Below are positions 39,835 to 52,360 of a DNA stretch of 64,000 nt, piece by piece. This stretch comes from Camelus dromedarius (lineage: Eukaryota), in assembly GCF_036321535.1 (NCBI RefSeq), contig NC_087447.1, positions 12,896,001-12,960,000 of the forward strand. The letters are read 5' to 3'. Position 1 is the first letter of the stretch, and each line of letters starts with the position of its first letter. A model generated the notes under the pieces. It was not told the DNA's origin. It was given only the letters and a program-made list of their open reading frames with translations, and did no database searches. Position numbers and translations under genes: made by a program.

Positions 39835-42060
39835 TGGTGAAATGGACAACATTCTTCCCATGAATATGCTGGCTCTATGCCTGAGACAATGTCCTGGTCA
39901 AAGTGCAGATAACTGGAAACAAAGAAGAGCACAGATGTATCGCTGGGCTGAAGAGGCAGTGATCAGCATTCGAGACAACCAGGAGCCCAGGATCTGTCAC
40001 AGGGCACGGAGGTTGAGGGACTAGATGGTGCTGGGGACAGACAGACCTGAATCAAGTGTTCCTGGGAGGCTCTGGAAGACAATGGGATATGGATGGGCTG
40101 GAGGAGGCTACAGAAGGCTTTCAGGAAAGTGACTGCCGTGTATTTGGGGGAGAAATGGAGATACTAGGAATAAAGCTTAGCTTAGAGACACTGGAGTTGC
40201 ATCCCAGCCAGAACTTTTAACACCTGAATGTATTTCAAGCAGCATTTAAGATACAGAACTGCTAGCGCTTTGGAGTAAGACCTGTTCCCCAAAGTCAGGT
40301 CTTTAGTCATCTTAAGATTCACTGTAGAAAAGTCCAAACCTAAGTCTCAACAACACTTATACAGAAGATAGATACAGATGTAAAATTTCCCAAGTTTTTA
40401 GATCTGGGAAATGTCTTGGTCTTTTGACAACTTTGCGCTAACAAAATATAAGACCTAGACATTACAAATACAAGTGATCATCCAATAATGATAGCTTGAT
40501 AGGGAAAAAAAAAACTATAACAATCTTCATAGGAATTTATGAAAATCTAGATTCTCTACAGTGTATCATAGACAATTTAAAATATACAGTAAAAATTACA
40601 GGATATGAAAAACTCAGGAAAACTAAATAGACAAGACAAAATGAATCAACTGAAAATGACTGCAAAATGTCTCAGGTGATGTTTATTGGCGACTTCTAAC
40701 CATCCCTTATAAACATGGCCAAGGACTCGAGAGAGGGTATGACCAAATTTGCAGAAAATTGAGTAAACTGATAATTCCCACAGATCATTAAAATTTTGAA
40801 AAGAACCCCATTAAAATTCTAGGGTGAGAGTTAAAATGAAAGGAAGTGGAATTTAAGGGAAATATAAGTGAAATGAATACTTGATGTAATTAGATTGATA
40901 GCATTTGGACATGTCCAGTGAAATACCAGTGCATTTGAATTTAAATTGTTGGAAACATTACAATCCTAAAATTATTTGTTTAATAATTTAAAAAATACCA
41001 TCTCCTCAAGAACAAGTAGAGTGATATCAAATTGTCTAAAATTTGCATAACTGAAGGCCAACTGCAAGAAAATGATAATGATGGCAGAGAATTTTTCAGA
41101 TTTGTTGGAAAACATCAGTATACATATCTCAGTGAACCTCATGGGAATTAATCAGAAGAAAATCCTGTATATTCATCTATATTCATTATAGTGAGTCAAC
41201 TGTTTAAAGCTAAAATAATGGCATAGTAAGTTCGGGGTTATAATATAGACATGAGCAAAATATGTGATATCAGTAACACAATAAAATTTGAAAAACATCA
41301 AATTATACTGTTATAAGATTATGACATTTTTGGAGTGAGATGTGAAGTGGGTGATGTGAGACATGAAGGATGAAGGGGGACATGGAAAGTGGAAGCGTCT
41401 GTCGTAAAGGATGGGGATTAAAATGGAACAATTTTAACTGTATGTCATCTCTGATAAGTTAAGGATGCACATTTTAATGATTAGCCCTGAGGCAATCCCT
41501 GAAATGATAATAAAAATGTGGTGTATATATCAAAAGGCAGATCTAGACATAAAATAACTTGATTAACCGCCAAATTAGCAGAAGAAAACAGGGCAGCCAA
41601 ATGAAAGAAAAAATGGAAACAAATAGAAAATGGTAGTATATCATAATTACATTAAAGGTGCATGGACTAAGCAGTCCAAGCACAAGATAAATATGAAGAA
41701 AAAAAGGCAGAAACCAACTATATGCTGCCAAATTGAGCAGTGCTTTAAATACATAGACATATATAGACAAGATGGGGTTGAAAGTAAAAGAAGTGAAAGA
41801 GCTGTATGTTTTACACGTAGTAGGTTGTCAATAAATGTTTTTTTGAAGAAGAAAAAAAATGAAAGAAAAAAGACTAAGAAAAAATATATACAGTAAATTA
41901 TAAGGAGCTGGTCCTGAAATTATGTGTAGAGTATAAAGCATGTATCTATCAAAAATAAAATTAGAAGCAAAGAGAACTGTGAAAGGAAACTTGAAAGCGG
42001 GAATATACATATAAGTAGCAGTAATGATACAGGAAAATAAATGTGGAGTGAGGATGACCA
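39835..42060 (+). mobile_element. Old L1M 5'/ORF1/inter-ORF remnant (duplicated at 62240-64000)
   Basis: The L1M inter-ORF motif gataagttaaggatgcac...ccctgaggcaatcc and the ORF2 start-like ccaactatatgctgcc are both present. Confidence 0.6.
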
Positions 42061-42656
42061 TGTCCCAGGTCTCTGTTGAGTCCCTGGGATGTGCCCTGCC
42101 CAGTGTGGGTCCTTGACTCCGCACGGGAAAGAATTCAAGAGTGAATCACAGTTGAGTAAAGGTAGATTTATTTAGAGAGAGACATACTCAATAGAGTGTA
42201 GGCTGTTTCAGAAGGCAAGAGAAAGGCCATAACGTGTGAGGGTTGGGTGCTCAGTAGATATGCACTCCATAGACAGAGTGCAGTCTGTCTCCCTCAGAAG
42301 GGAGAGTGCCATAAGGTTTGTTAGTTCTTATGGACTCAGTAGCTTCTTATGCTAACAAGTGGGAGGATTATTCCAATTACTTTTGGGGAAGGGGCTGGGA
42401 TTCCAGGAACTGAGCCACTGCTCACTTTTAGACCTTCAATGGTTAGCCTTAGAACTGTCATGGTGCCTGTAGGCATATCATTTAGCATGCTAATATATTA
42501 CAATGAGCGTATAATGAAGCTCAAGGTCTACTAGAAGTCAAATCTCTCGCCATCTTGAGCCTCAAGGCACTGGGAGTTGAATCTTCCACCATTTTGGTGT
42601 TAATTGCTGAGTCATTCCTTGAATGGCTGTGCCCTGCCCCCTTCCTTCCTGTCTCA
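42061..42656 (-). mobile_element. ERV1-type solo LTR (MER41-like layout), antisense
   Basis: It has TG...CA termini (tgtcccagg ... cctgtctca). The motifs gggtccttgactccgcacgggaaagaattcaagagtga...tttattt and tctctcgccatcttg are typical of antisense ERV1 LTRs. No clear TSD was found. Confidence 0.75.
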
Positions 42657-43894
42657 GTATGGGACTGGAGATGTTAGACTCATGCTTGAAGTGTTCTCCC
42701 CATGAAATGCACAGAAGAGGGTTGAAACTGAGAAATGTTAAATTACTAAATGTTGCAATGAGAAAGAGGAGTTTTTAGTTAGAAAAAAGTTTTATTGATA
42801 ATAGTTGTTCTTAATTCTTGTTTACAGGGTTTATTAATAAGATGAGTGAGTCTATTCAGGGATTCACATAGTGTCTGAGAAAATCATAATTTGAATAAAG
42901 TAATCTTAGTTTCTATAATACAGAATTGCCTTTGTGTTCACAAATTTTAACCAACAAATGTCTGCCTCTTAAAATTATTACCCCTTAAAGGTAAGTAAAC
43001 AAGTAAAACATGGCCAGATGATGTTAACACAGCATGATTTGCTGTAAGTTCTATTCAGAGGAATTATAGAAAATAAAATAACACAAGTAAGAAATCAATT
43101 GATAAAGAATATGAACAGTTTCCTGCAGGTAATATTGAACCATTAAGAGTGCTTGTTCTTCTAGGACATCCATGTCTTCTGACAGTATTTAATAAATGGA
43201 GAGTGCATGAAATTGTATTCTGTGGAGAGCCTGCAGGGAAGTCTGGCCTACCATGAAAGATTTGTTTGCAGAGACACCAAATTAATTGCAAACAAGAGCG
43301 TTTAACTAGCAATTTAGATGTAAAGAGGGAAAAGGGGCATTCCCTGGGGGAGGAAGGGACTATTTCCTCTGTAAGGAGCCTTGCTCTTTAAAAGCAAGTT
43401 ACGTTCTTGTTTAAACATCTATGGATTGTAAACAATGTAACATTTTAAAATATAGACATTTATCAATGAGAAGGAAGCAACTTCAGCAAAACTGAAAAAG
43501 GTAAATATGTTGATATGCTATTTTAATTCAAGATAATGTTACCAATTTCATGATCAAGAGTCAATAAATAATATCAAACAACTAAAACCATGAGTGTATG
43601 TGGGTAGAAATGATATTTATTATTTAGGATAGCATTATGTAAGGTAGGCTTCTGACTTTCTGAAGTTAAAAGTTAAATTATGTGCGTGAAGCATTTGAAG
43701 TATACAAATTTCTAATTTGTCTCTTAACTATATAATATTGTAAAATCTATTCATTTTAAGAAATAATCTATTAAGAAAACTATAGTCAAAAAGTGATAAT
43801 TTCATTCAAATTAATTAAACATATTTTGCTATACTGTTAATAAAGTAAATGTTGCCATTATAGGTAAAATAATTTCTATGACAAGGAATCACCT

Positions 43895-44532
43895 TGTTAG
43901 AGCAGGTAGATAGCTAGATATGATTAGAGAAAGGGGATGCAGACCAAATTTCAGGAATTAGGCAAAAAGGGCGTGGGCCAAATACAAGAAACCATACATC
44001 ATGTAAACAACAGGGGTGCCTGGGCAGACAAAGAAAAGCGGGAACCTCTGGGTTAATAAGCAGTCACACATTTTGGGGTGACACGTGTCCTGGAGGCTGA
44101 CAAAGAAAGGTGGGAAAAGGCAGGAATCTCCAGTGTCCCCATGTAACCTTTTGCTCATTATGTCCTCGTTTCAATAAAATTAGCCTTGCAGTTTAGAAGT
44201 ACCCATCACGCACCAACACCATGACACTTCCAAACCAGACTAAATAAGGACAAAAATTTCTCCTTCCTGTAGGAAAGTGGAGTTGGGATGAAAATCAGGG
44301 ACTACAACCACAAGTCCTTCCCTCCCCGATGAATATTCTGCCCATTCATTTTTACACTCAATGTAACCAACTTGCCAAAGAAACTAAGGCAGCTGCCCAC
44401 CTGAACCTGCCCGCTCTCCCCTTGAGAATGTACTATCCAGCCCCTAATAAATCCTCTGTTTTCTTTCTTAACCGCCACGTCCTGTCTCTGAATTCTTCCT
44501 GCAAGGAGACAAGAACCTAATTACCTGCAACA
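43895..44532 (+). mobile_element. ERV1-type solo LTR, 638 bp
   Basis: It begins tgttag and ends caaca. AATAAA at about 44446 is followed by a U5-like tgtctctgaattcttcctg...gacaagaacc. The near-TSD is acct/actt. Confidence 0.8.
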
Positions 44533-45515
44533 ACTTGTATTAGTGAATATTCTTCTGTTGGGGGATATATTAAGCATTTATTTTTATACAAAATACAATT
44601 TCCTGCAAAAGAATATTTGTTTCAACTTTGGGGGCCTGTGTTCTATTATTGTTTATGTTGTCTAACAGACCGCAAACAGGGAAGGGGTTGGCACAAGATC
44701 ACTACATTTGCTAATGTTTTAAAATTGATTTTATTTTTCTCTAGGAACATTTTGTTTGGGTTTAAATTTTTTTAAATATCTAATATTTGGGGGATTAAAA
44801 ATAGCTGAATACCAAAAACTTGTGTCTCTTAAGCAATAAGATCTATTGTAATTCAAAAAATTAGAATGAGTATTGCTGGCACATTATGATGTTTAAAATA
44901 AAAGATTTGGCTTTTATATTTTTGTAGTTTTAATCATCCTTTCTCACTTCTTGGAAAATAACCAATTTAACAGTAATTTCTACTTTTAATTTAATTCAGA
45001 AGCATCTATGTAGTAACATATTAGGGCAGAGCCTTGCGCTCTGTTCTTTATAGAATGAATTATTGGATATAATAGCAAAGGTAGAAAAGACATGTAAATA
45101 GTTGGAGGAACATGTTGCTAAATGTTATAGATCAGATATTATATACAAACTGGACTGACTGGAAAAAAAATTTATGGTTGTTAGACAACTAATAATTAAG
45201 CTGAGGTTTTGACTCGAAAAAAATAGCTAATCTGCATTCTCCCTTTTCACACCATAATTAAAAAAAAACATGTCTAAGCATAGGATTCTTATTGGTATAA
45301 TTAGAATGCAGATCTACAATTATAAACCTTTTTTTTTTCCCCTACAGATGCATTTATAACTCCTGGTTTCACATCAAATCTGCCAGAATCACAGAACACA
45401 AGTGTCAGAAAGTAACTAAGAACATGTTAAGACCAAAGCCCATGTCCCAATCCAATTATAAAAGAGGAAAATACAGCCAAGAAATGTAAATCCACAGAGA
45501 GAAAATAATTGGAAA

Positions 45516-46451
45516 ATGACGGAAACAAATCTCACTGTAAGGATGGACTTCGTCCTCCTGGGCTTCTCTGACATTCCCAGGTTCCACTGGCTGCTTTTTG
45601 GGGTATTCTCAGTCATCTACTTGGCTATCCTGCTGGGGAACGGCATCATAGTTCTGGTAACAAGAGCAGATGTCGCTCTTCAGACGCCCATGTATTTTTT
45701 CCTCAGCAATCTTTCCTTCCTAGAGATCTGTTATGTGTCTGTCACTCTTCCTAGGATGCTCATGGACCTTTGGACCCAGAAAGGAAGTATTTCTTTTTTC
45801 AGCTGTGCCACACAAATGTGCTTCTTCCTTATGCTGGGAGCCACGGAGTGTTTCCTGCTGGCTGTGATGGCCTATGACCGCTATGTGGCCATTTGTAACC
45901 CTCTGCACTATCCCCTCGTCATGAACCACAGGGTCTGTGTCCAGCTGGTGGTGGCCTCCTGGATCAGTGGAGCTCCAGTCCAGATAGGACAAACATGGCA
46001 GATATTCTCTGTGTCCTTTTGTGGTTCTAATCAAATCAGTCACTTCTTCTGTGACATCCCCCCATTACTGAAGCTGGCCTGTGGGGACATCTTTGTGAAT
46101 GAGATGGTGGTCTATCTATTTGCTGTGTTGCTTGTCACTGTTCCCTTTTTGTTGATACTTAGTTTCTATATGAGAATTATCTCCACCATCATGAAGCTGC
46201 CATCAAACACAGGGCAGACCAAAGCCTTTTCCACGTGCTCTTCCCACATCACGGTGGTAGTTTTGTTCTATGGATCAGGCACTGTCACCTATTTAAAACC
46301 TAAATCCGATCAGTATGTAGGAATAGACAAACTGCTCTCTCTTTTCTACACCATTTTGACTCCATTGTTCAATCCTATGATATATAGTCTGCGGAACAAA
46401 GATGTCAGAAAGGCAATGAGGAAATTTCTTCCCAAATTATCAGCATTATGA
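45516..46451 (+). CDS. Olfactory receptor 10AG1-like, 311 aa, intact
   Basis: FVLLGFSDIP..HW.LF, RMLMDLWTQKG, CATQMCFFLMLG, PLVMNHRVC and LACGDIFVNE resemble recalled OR10AG1. The full OR motif set is present. The symbol is left blank because this subfamily has many paralogues. Confidence 0.93.
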   Translation: MTETNLTVRMDFVLLGFSDIPRFHWLLFGVFSVIYLAILLGNGIIVLVTRADVALQTPMYFFLSNLSFLEICYVSVTLPRMLMDLWTQKGSISFFSCATQMCFFLMLGATECFLLAVMAYDRYVAICNPLHYPLVMNHRVCVQLVVASWISGAPVQIGQTWQIFSVSFCGSNQISHFFCDIPPLLKLACGDIFVNEMVVYLFAVLLVTVPFLLILSFYMRIISTIMKLPSNTGQTKAFSTCSSHITVVVLFYGSGTVTYLKPKSDQYVGIDKLLSLFYTILTPLFNPMIYSLRNKDVRKAMRKFLPKLSAL

Positions 46452-48289
46452 GGCATTTGAAATAACATAGAAATTATTATTTTATGGATTCAATTTGTAT
46501 GTAGACTTAATTGAAATCTACCTTTCATTTTTTTTCTTTATTTTTAATAATGTAATGGTGTAATTTCCTTTTAATATACCATTCTGTTCCCAGATTTATG
46601 GTAATTATGTTCTATTTCTAACAGTGTTGTACTTTTAAAGATAGGTTTCCTTCTCACCGTGAAGTAGTAAATAGAGATGTGTAACTAAACACCGTGATGT
46701 AATATGTAGTTTGCACTATAATTAAAATTATTCTGTTCTCTTTTTTTGGGTGCCTTTCTAGACACTACTTTAACATTCTCTATTGAAGAAACAAAATATC
46801 CTTAGATGCTACAGAAACATTACTAAGTGATTCCCTCACAGAAATAAAAGCTTAAATGCATATAGATACAAGTTTAAAAGGGACTAACATAAATAATTAA
46901 TATGTAATATAATGCATATTGCAGCACTATTTTTCTAAGCAAAAAAAGGAAAAATGAATGCTCATATTGAGAAATATTTTAATGAACATTGTGCATAGTT
47001 ATAACAAATTTATGGAGTCATTAAAAAGCCCATGTTTCACCTAAACGGTAATGATCCCCGATAATTCATTTCTCCTTGTATACGTGCTTTTTGATCTTCC
47101 CTTCCCACCCTGACTTGATTTAGCTCTATTATTACTTCTGGCGAATGGAACATTAGTCAACATGAACAGTACTTAGACATTAAGACTTGTCCTCTCTAAC
47201 AGTGTGAATCTTTTTATCACTATGTCAAAAAGCCCAGACTAGACTCCTGGACAATGAGAGAGCTCAAAGAAAGAAGCCACAGATGATACACAAATCACAT
47301 AATGTGAAACCAAATTTAAACATACTTACAATATGCTAATTTAAGAGTTTGGAAACTATTATTCAATATGCTCTACTAATTCTTTAAAGCATGTGTTATT
47401 CATAGACTTTTTAAAATCTGTCAATCCCCTTCCATATTTGAATGCACTTTTCATTTGTCATTTTGGAATGCCCACACCTGGTAGGTTTGTTAATTCCTTG
47501 CATATCTAAAAATTTCTTTCACAAAGTGAAATTCTCTGTTTTGAAATAAAAGTCTGTGTTGAGTCCTGCAGATCAAAATTTAAAAGATCACTGGTAATAA
47601 CCCAAAGGGAAAAGCACAAAAGTATCAGATATTGAAACTGTGGCTGAAAATGCATGGCCTAAGTGTTTTTATCTGCAATATCCCACACAATAGCATATGC
47701 ATTTTTAAAAGGAATATATTCGCCAAGATAGATCAAAAGTTGTACTACTTAAAAATCAAGTCCCAGTACTTGAAGCAAATGCAGAATATATTCTGACCAC
47801 AAAGGGATTAATTTTCAATTTGGTTTGTGTCTGTGTGTTACTGGAATGAAAAAAGGGAGCATGAGAAAATTCAAGGTGCGATAGATAAATCCCTTATCTT
47901 GATTGTGGATGTGGCCACAGCAAAATGTAGCAAATTATAAACTGCTGATGTGGGCTTTTGGTTATGCTTCAATTAAACTTTAAAAAAGCTATTTAAATAC
48001 TTTAAAAAATGATTGAAATTGAAATATGAAATTTCAGTGGCAGAAAATAAAGAGAATCTATTACTATCAGACTTGATTTACCAGAAATGCCAATCAAATC
48101 CTTTAACCAGTAGTAACATGATATCAGAGGAAAATGCAGTTCTCAGAAAGAAAGAAAAGGCACGGAACATGATAAATATACAGGCAAAGATTAAATAGTA
48201 CACTTCTATTTTCATTTCATTTAAATACATCTGTGTCTTTAAAGCAAACATTTTACCATTTTCATCATATAGCACCTGATTCGCAATGG

Positions 48290-51200
48290 TAACTTGCTGG
48301 CTTACAGTTAAGAGTTTGGTTTCTATTAAGATCCAGTGGCAGGCAAAGAGTTCTCACCCAAAAAAATCTATCTGCAGAGGATGACAGGGCCTTGATCCAA
48401 AATCCTACAGGCTTGATCTATATATCACCTTTAGGGTTTGCCAGAGGCTTCTAACAGCATCTCTCTCTGTCACAGACACTTTGGGCACCGCTGGGTCCAC
48501 TAGAATGTATGGACCAAGTGGAGGGCAGCTTCCTCAGCAGCCTGGATCTGATGCAGGGCCTTCTCTTGCTCTGGGCTCCACTCAAACCCAGAAGCTTTTG
48601 GGGTCCTTTGGTAAATGGGTCATAGGAACACACTCAGATAAGGAATCTGCTGCCTCCAAAATTCAAAAAGGCCTTTTAGGCATCATGCTTCTTTCTTTGT
48701 TGTAAGAGACACCAGATGCAGCAACTCATCCTTCACTTTAAAAACTTTTTTTTTTTAATTGAAGTATAGTCAGTTTACAATGTGTCAATTTCTGGTGTAC
48801 AGCATAATCGTTCCGTCACACATATACATACATATAGTTGTTTTCATTCTTCACTTTTAAAGAAATATCTTGACATTTCCCCCATCACTGGATGACTAGA
48901 AATTTCCCAGAGATAGAAAGTCCCTGAAATTTAGTCAGATTTGTGGATTTATTTCCTACTCTGTGCTAGGAAAATCTTTACTGATAAACTAGAGTAGTTG
49001 CTACTTCTTGGTCACTGGGCCAATCAGCATAATGCCGTTAGTGTAATGGACCAGCGGTACCTTTTTAGGAAGGGAAACTGATGGAGAGCTCTGCAAACTA
49101 CATTACGACATAGAGCTTGGGAGTTTATACAGCCCTGAGGGGAGAGAGTGAAGGTGTGCTGCTGGTCTTGTGGAAGGAAAGGAAACTGTTTCTGGGGGAC
49201 CTTATGGACAAGCATGAAGAAAAAAAAAATCAGTAGTTCCACACCAGGTTCCAGGGTATGTGGTCATCTGGTTCACCAGCTGCAGCTGACGTCGCCACTT
49301 GGTTAAGCTGACAGTAATCACTGGTGCTCTTCCACATCCTTCTGCACAAGTCAAATAGGAGAGCTGAACGGGAATGTGGTGAGTTACCACTCCGGCGTAT
49401 TCTAAATTCTTGCAGGTGGCACTCACCTCTGTAACCCCTCCAGGAATGTGGTACGGCTTATGATACACCATTTTCCTAGGGATGGTCAGTTCCTGTGGCT
49501 TCTATTTGGACTTTCCCACCATGAAACTCCTCACTGCACAGCTCAGGGAATCAATGCCAACTGATAAATAAATCTACTGCAATTTTGCATTCTGGAGCTG
49601 GGAAAATAAACACAGGATGCTTTCAAGGACTACACTGGACTCACTCTGAGATGGATCTGGGCTAAAACACTATTCATCACTTGATATCAGCAAGGCTCCA
49701 CTCTGACCAGATGGCCACAGTGATGTTTTGGGTCTCAGTGTCCAGCAATTCTGGAAAATTCTGATTCTTTTCTTTTCTCCACTGTAGTTATACTGGTAAA
49801 AGTCCATAAGTCCCTTTGGGGAGGGCTGGGAGAAAGATTAAAATGACACATTTTGGGTATTATACTGACCTTCCTTAAAGGGACCCAACCTACCGCTCAC
49901 TGAAAGGGTCCTGGATCTGTAAATTGGCTCAAGTCTGGGAACTGAGTCATCACTTTCTACTTTAATGATTTTAGTTAGACTTTGTTTCCCTTGATCTGAA
50001 TCTTTTCTGCTTATACATATCAAGTGAAAATTTGATGAGCTTTCTTTTTCACATCTAGGAAAACCCTGATTAACTAGCCAATTCCGTACGTCTGTGTGAA
50101 TCAGACTATTCTGACTCTACCGTCCATTACAGTAACTATGATCACCTTAATTTTGAAAGGTGAGTTCTGCCAGTTGGACAATTCATATTATTGCTTGTGA
50201 ATTTCTGAATTCAATGTCTACAGTTCCCATGGTAAGACTTGGCCTAGAGAGAAGACCAATCCTGGATATCTTCAAGAATTTTGGACTCACTTCGTGAATG
50301 CATTTCTTGCCATGCTGGTAAAAGGTGTGTCTTTTGCACACTCCCAGTGTGAGTGAATAGATCTTAAATGACAAATCCACTCTAGCATTCCAATCTCCCT
50401 AAGACTTTACCTCACTTTCCCTACATTAAACCAAGGCAGGTTGGCCATTACCAATTTGTTCACCATTGGCCACCATTTGCTCTATGTTTCAGCCAAGTTA
50501 ACCAATCAAAATGTTAGAGTCTTTTTTTAACTCCCTGATCCTCAACATGGAATGAGAATCTCTGCTTAGTAGGCCCTCAGCAATGAGTTCAGCGTGATCT
50601 ATCATCATATTCCTTCCACCATTATCCCCCACCTTTAAGATCCACACATGTTCCCCATATTACTAACTGTGTAGAGTACTCAGTTCTTTCTTTTGGAGTG
50701 TAGTCTTCCTCCACATGGGTCACACTTCATGAGCCACTCCATGTGGATCTCACCTCTAAGGGCCTGTGGCTGGGGTAGGAGCGGATAAGAGTCAGCACGG
50801 AGCTGCACAGTGCCTGCCTCAGAAGAGACCATAGCACTTCCCTCAGGCAGTGCAGCATTACTTGCATCATTTGCAGCTTCTCTCCAAGGACACCAGAGTG
50901 GTAGCACTGCTTCTCTTGGCCTTGTTGTCTTCTCAGAATTTACAGGACGATGTCCCTAGCCTCATCAGGGACTTCTCAGATGGACTTCAGGATCCTTTCT
51001 TTTTCCCCATCAGTGCCCTCACTCTGACAGCAGATACCCCGACATGGCCAGGAGATGCTGGGTTGTGCTTCCAGCCATCTCACCTCTGCAGCTACAGGAG
51101 ATGAAGGCAGGCGCAGAAGCTCTGAAGTCATGTATGTGGCACTTGAGTTTGGAATTTGAATCCCTGAGCTTCTCCTTTTCTTTCCTTAATTTGCCCAAAG

Positions 51201-51517
51201 ACATTAGGAACAAGTCAACCTCCTTAGACTTGTTAGCTAGATAAAAATGTGTCAAGGCATCATCCACATAGCCACCCAGACCCTTGCTCCTGTCAGCACT
51301 TTAGTAGAGTGTCCATGGTGCTATTTGTGTGTCTTGATTGTCGGACCACACCACAGACTATCACTGTTTTCTTTACTACTGGAAATAGTTATCAGTGTTT
51401 TAAAATGACACTAATGCTCAATCATCTCTGACCATTAATTGCAGAAATGCCAGAGCCCGTTTAGAAAATGCATCTTTACAATTCTGATTCCCTAGGGCTA
51501 TTCTCAGTAGTAAAGTC
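48290..51517 (-). mobile_element. ERV-L internal region (degenerate gag, protease, RT, part of RNase H link), 3'-truncated
   Basis: Minus-strand translations YHIPGGVTEVSATCKNLEYAGVV and LVHKVPQKQFPFLPQDQQHTFTLSPQGCINSQALCRN match recalled ERV-L RT ([54 protein letters not shown]). Gag-like sequence lies at 50300-51330. There are many stops and frameshifts. Confidence 0.9.
48743..48848 (-). mobile_element. Short L1 3' tail inserted in the ERV-L pol
   Basis: Poly-T plus aattgaagtatagtcagtttacaa is flanked by cttcacttt(t)aaa at 48731-48742 and 48849-48861. Confidence 0.85.
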
Positions 51518-51967
51518 CTCACTAGTCAGCTTCTCCAGAAAGATAGAACCAATAAGATATGTACATACATATGGATAGATTTATTAAAATAATTGTCCCA
51601 CAGGATTACAGAGGCTGGCAAATCTGACATTTATAGGGTGAGCTTGAAGATGTGAGACCCAGGGGAGCCAATGTTCCAGTTAGGGTCTAAAGCACTTTGC
51701 TGCCAAAGTTACAGTGGTATCTGAAGGCAGTACCCCCAGGAGTTCTCTCCAGCACAGGAGAGGCTGTTTCTTCTGTTCTATTCAGGCCTTAAGCTTATTG
51801 CAAATGGCTCACCCACATTATAGAGGGAAACCTGTTTCATACAAAGTTTCCTAATATGAATGTTATTCTCATCAAAACCATCATCCCAGAATCACACAGA
51901 ATCAGGACTGACCATATCTGGGATCTCCAAGGCCCATGCAAGTTGACTTACGAAATTAACCATCACA
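51518..51967 (-). mobile_element. MLT2 LTR (5' LTR of the ERV-L)
   Basis: The minus strand starts tgtgatggttaatttcgtaagtcaacttg and ends ttggttctatctttctggagaagctgacta, as in recalled MLT2. Confidence 0.85.
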
Positions 51968-52299
51968 GATAAATGCAAACATGCAACCTGCCAACCATCA
52001 AAATGACCCTAGATTCATCAGAGTCAGTGAAAGAAGACAAAACATAAGTATTAAAATATCAAGGTATTTAGGAAGTCCTATTATGTCATATCCTGAATTA
52101 AAAGCATAAATATTATAGCAGACACCAGAAGAAAAGATGTATACCAAAAGATAATGAAGAGATATATTTAAAGTAGTAAAAGATAGTGTCAAACGAAAAC
52201 TTCATAGCGACAGAAATATTTGTAATATCTTTCCAGTATATAGACAAAATACAGATTTTTGTGAGGAAAATGAAAATTCAGGAATGGACACACCGTTAT

Positions 52300-52360
52300 A
52301 CTGTTGAGGAGTTACTCAACAGTAACTCCTGTTGAGTAACTGGAGTTACTGTTGAGTAAC
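52300..52360. repeat. Nested inverted/direct micro-repeat
   Basis: A perfect 19-bp inverted repeat sits at 52311-52329 and 52342-52360, and ctgttgag occurs three times. Confidence 0.95.

Larger units (their letters stand above)
23600..41600 (+). repeat. Old tandem (segmental) duplication, unit A portion, homologous to 54275-64000
   Basis: Colinear alignable blocks seen by eye: 23600-24900/54275-55650, the OR5F CDS, 26540-29120/57290-59860, 31340-32190/61090-61930 and 39835-41600/62240-64000. Confidence 0.85.

Noticed and set aside
49024-49471. Short ORFs as a domesticated reverse transcriptase
   Set aside because: They are frameshifted ERV-L pol fragments, and the catalytic YIDD motif is not intact in frame.
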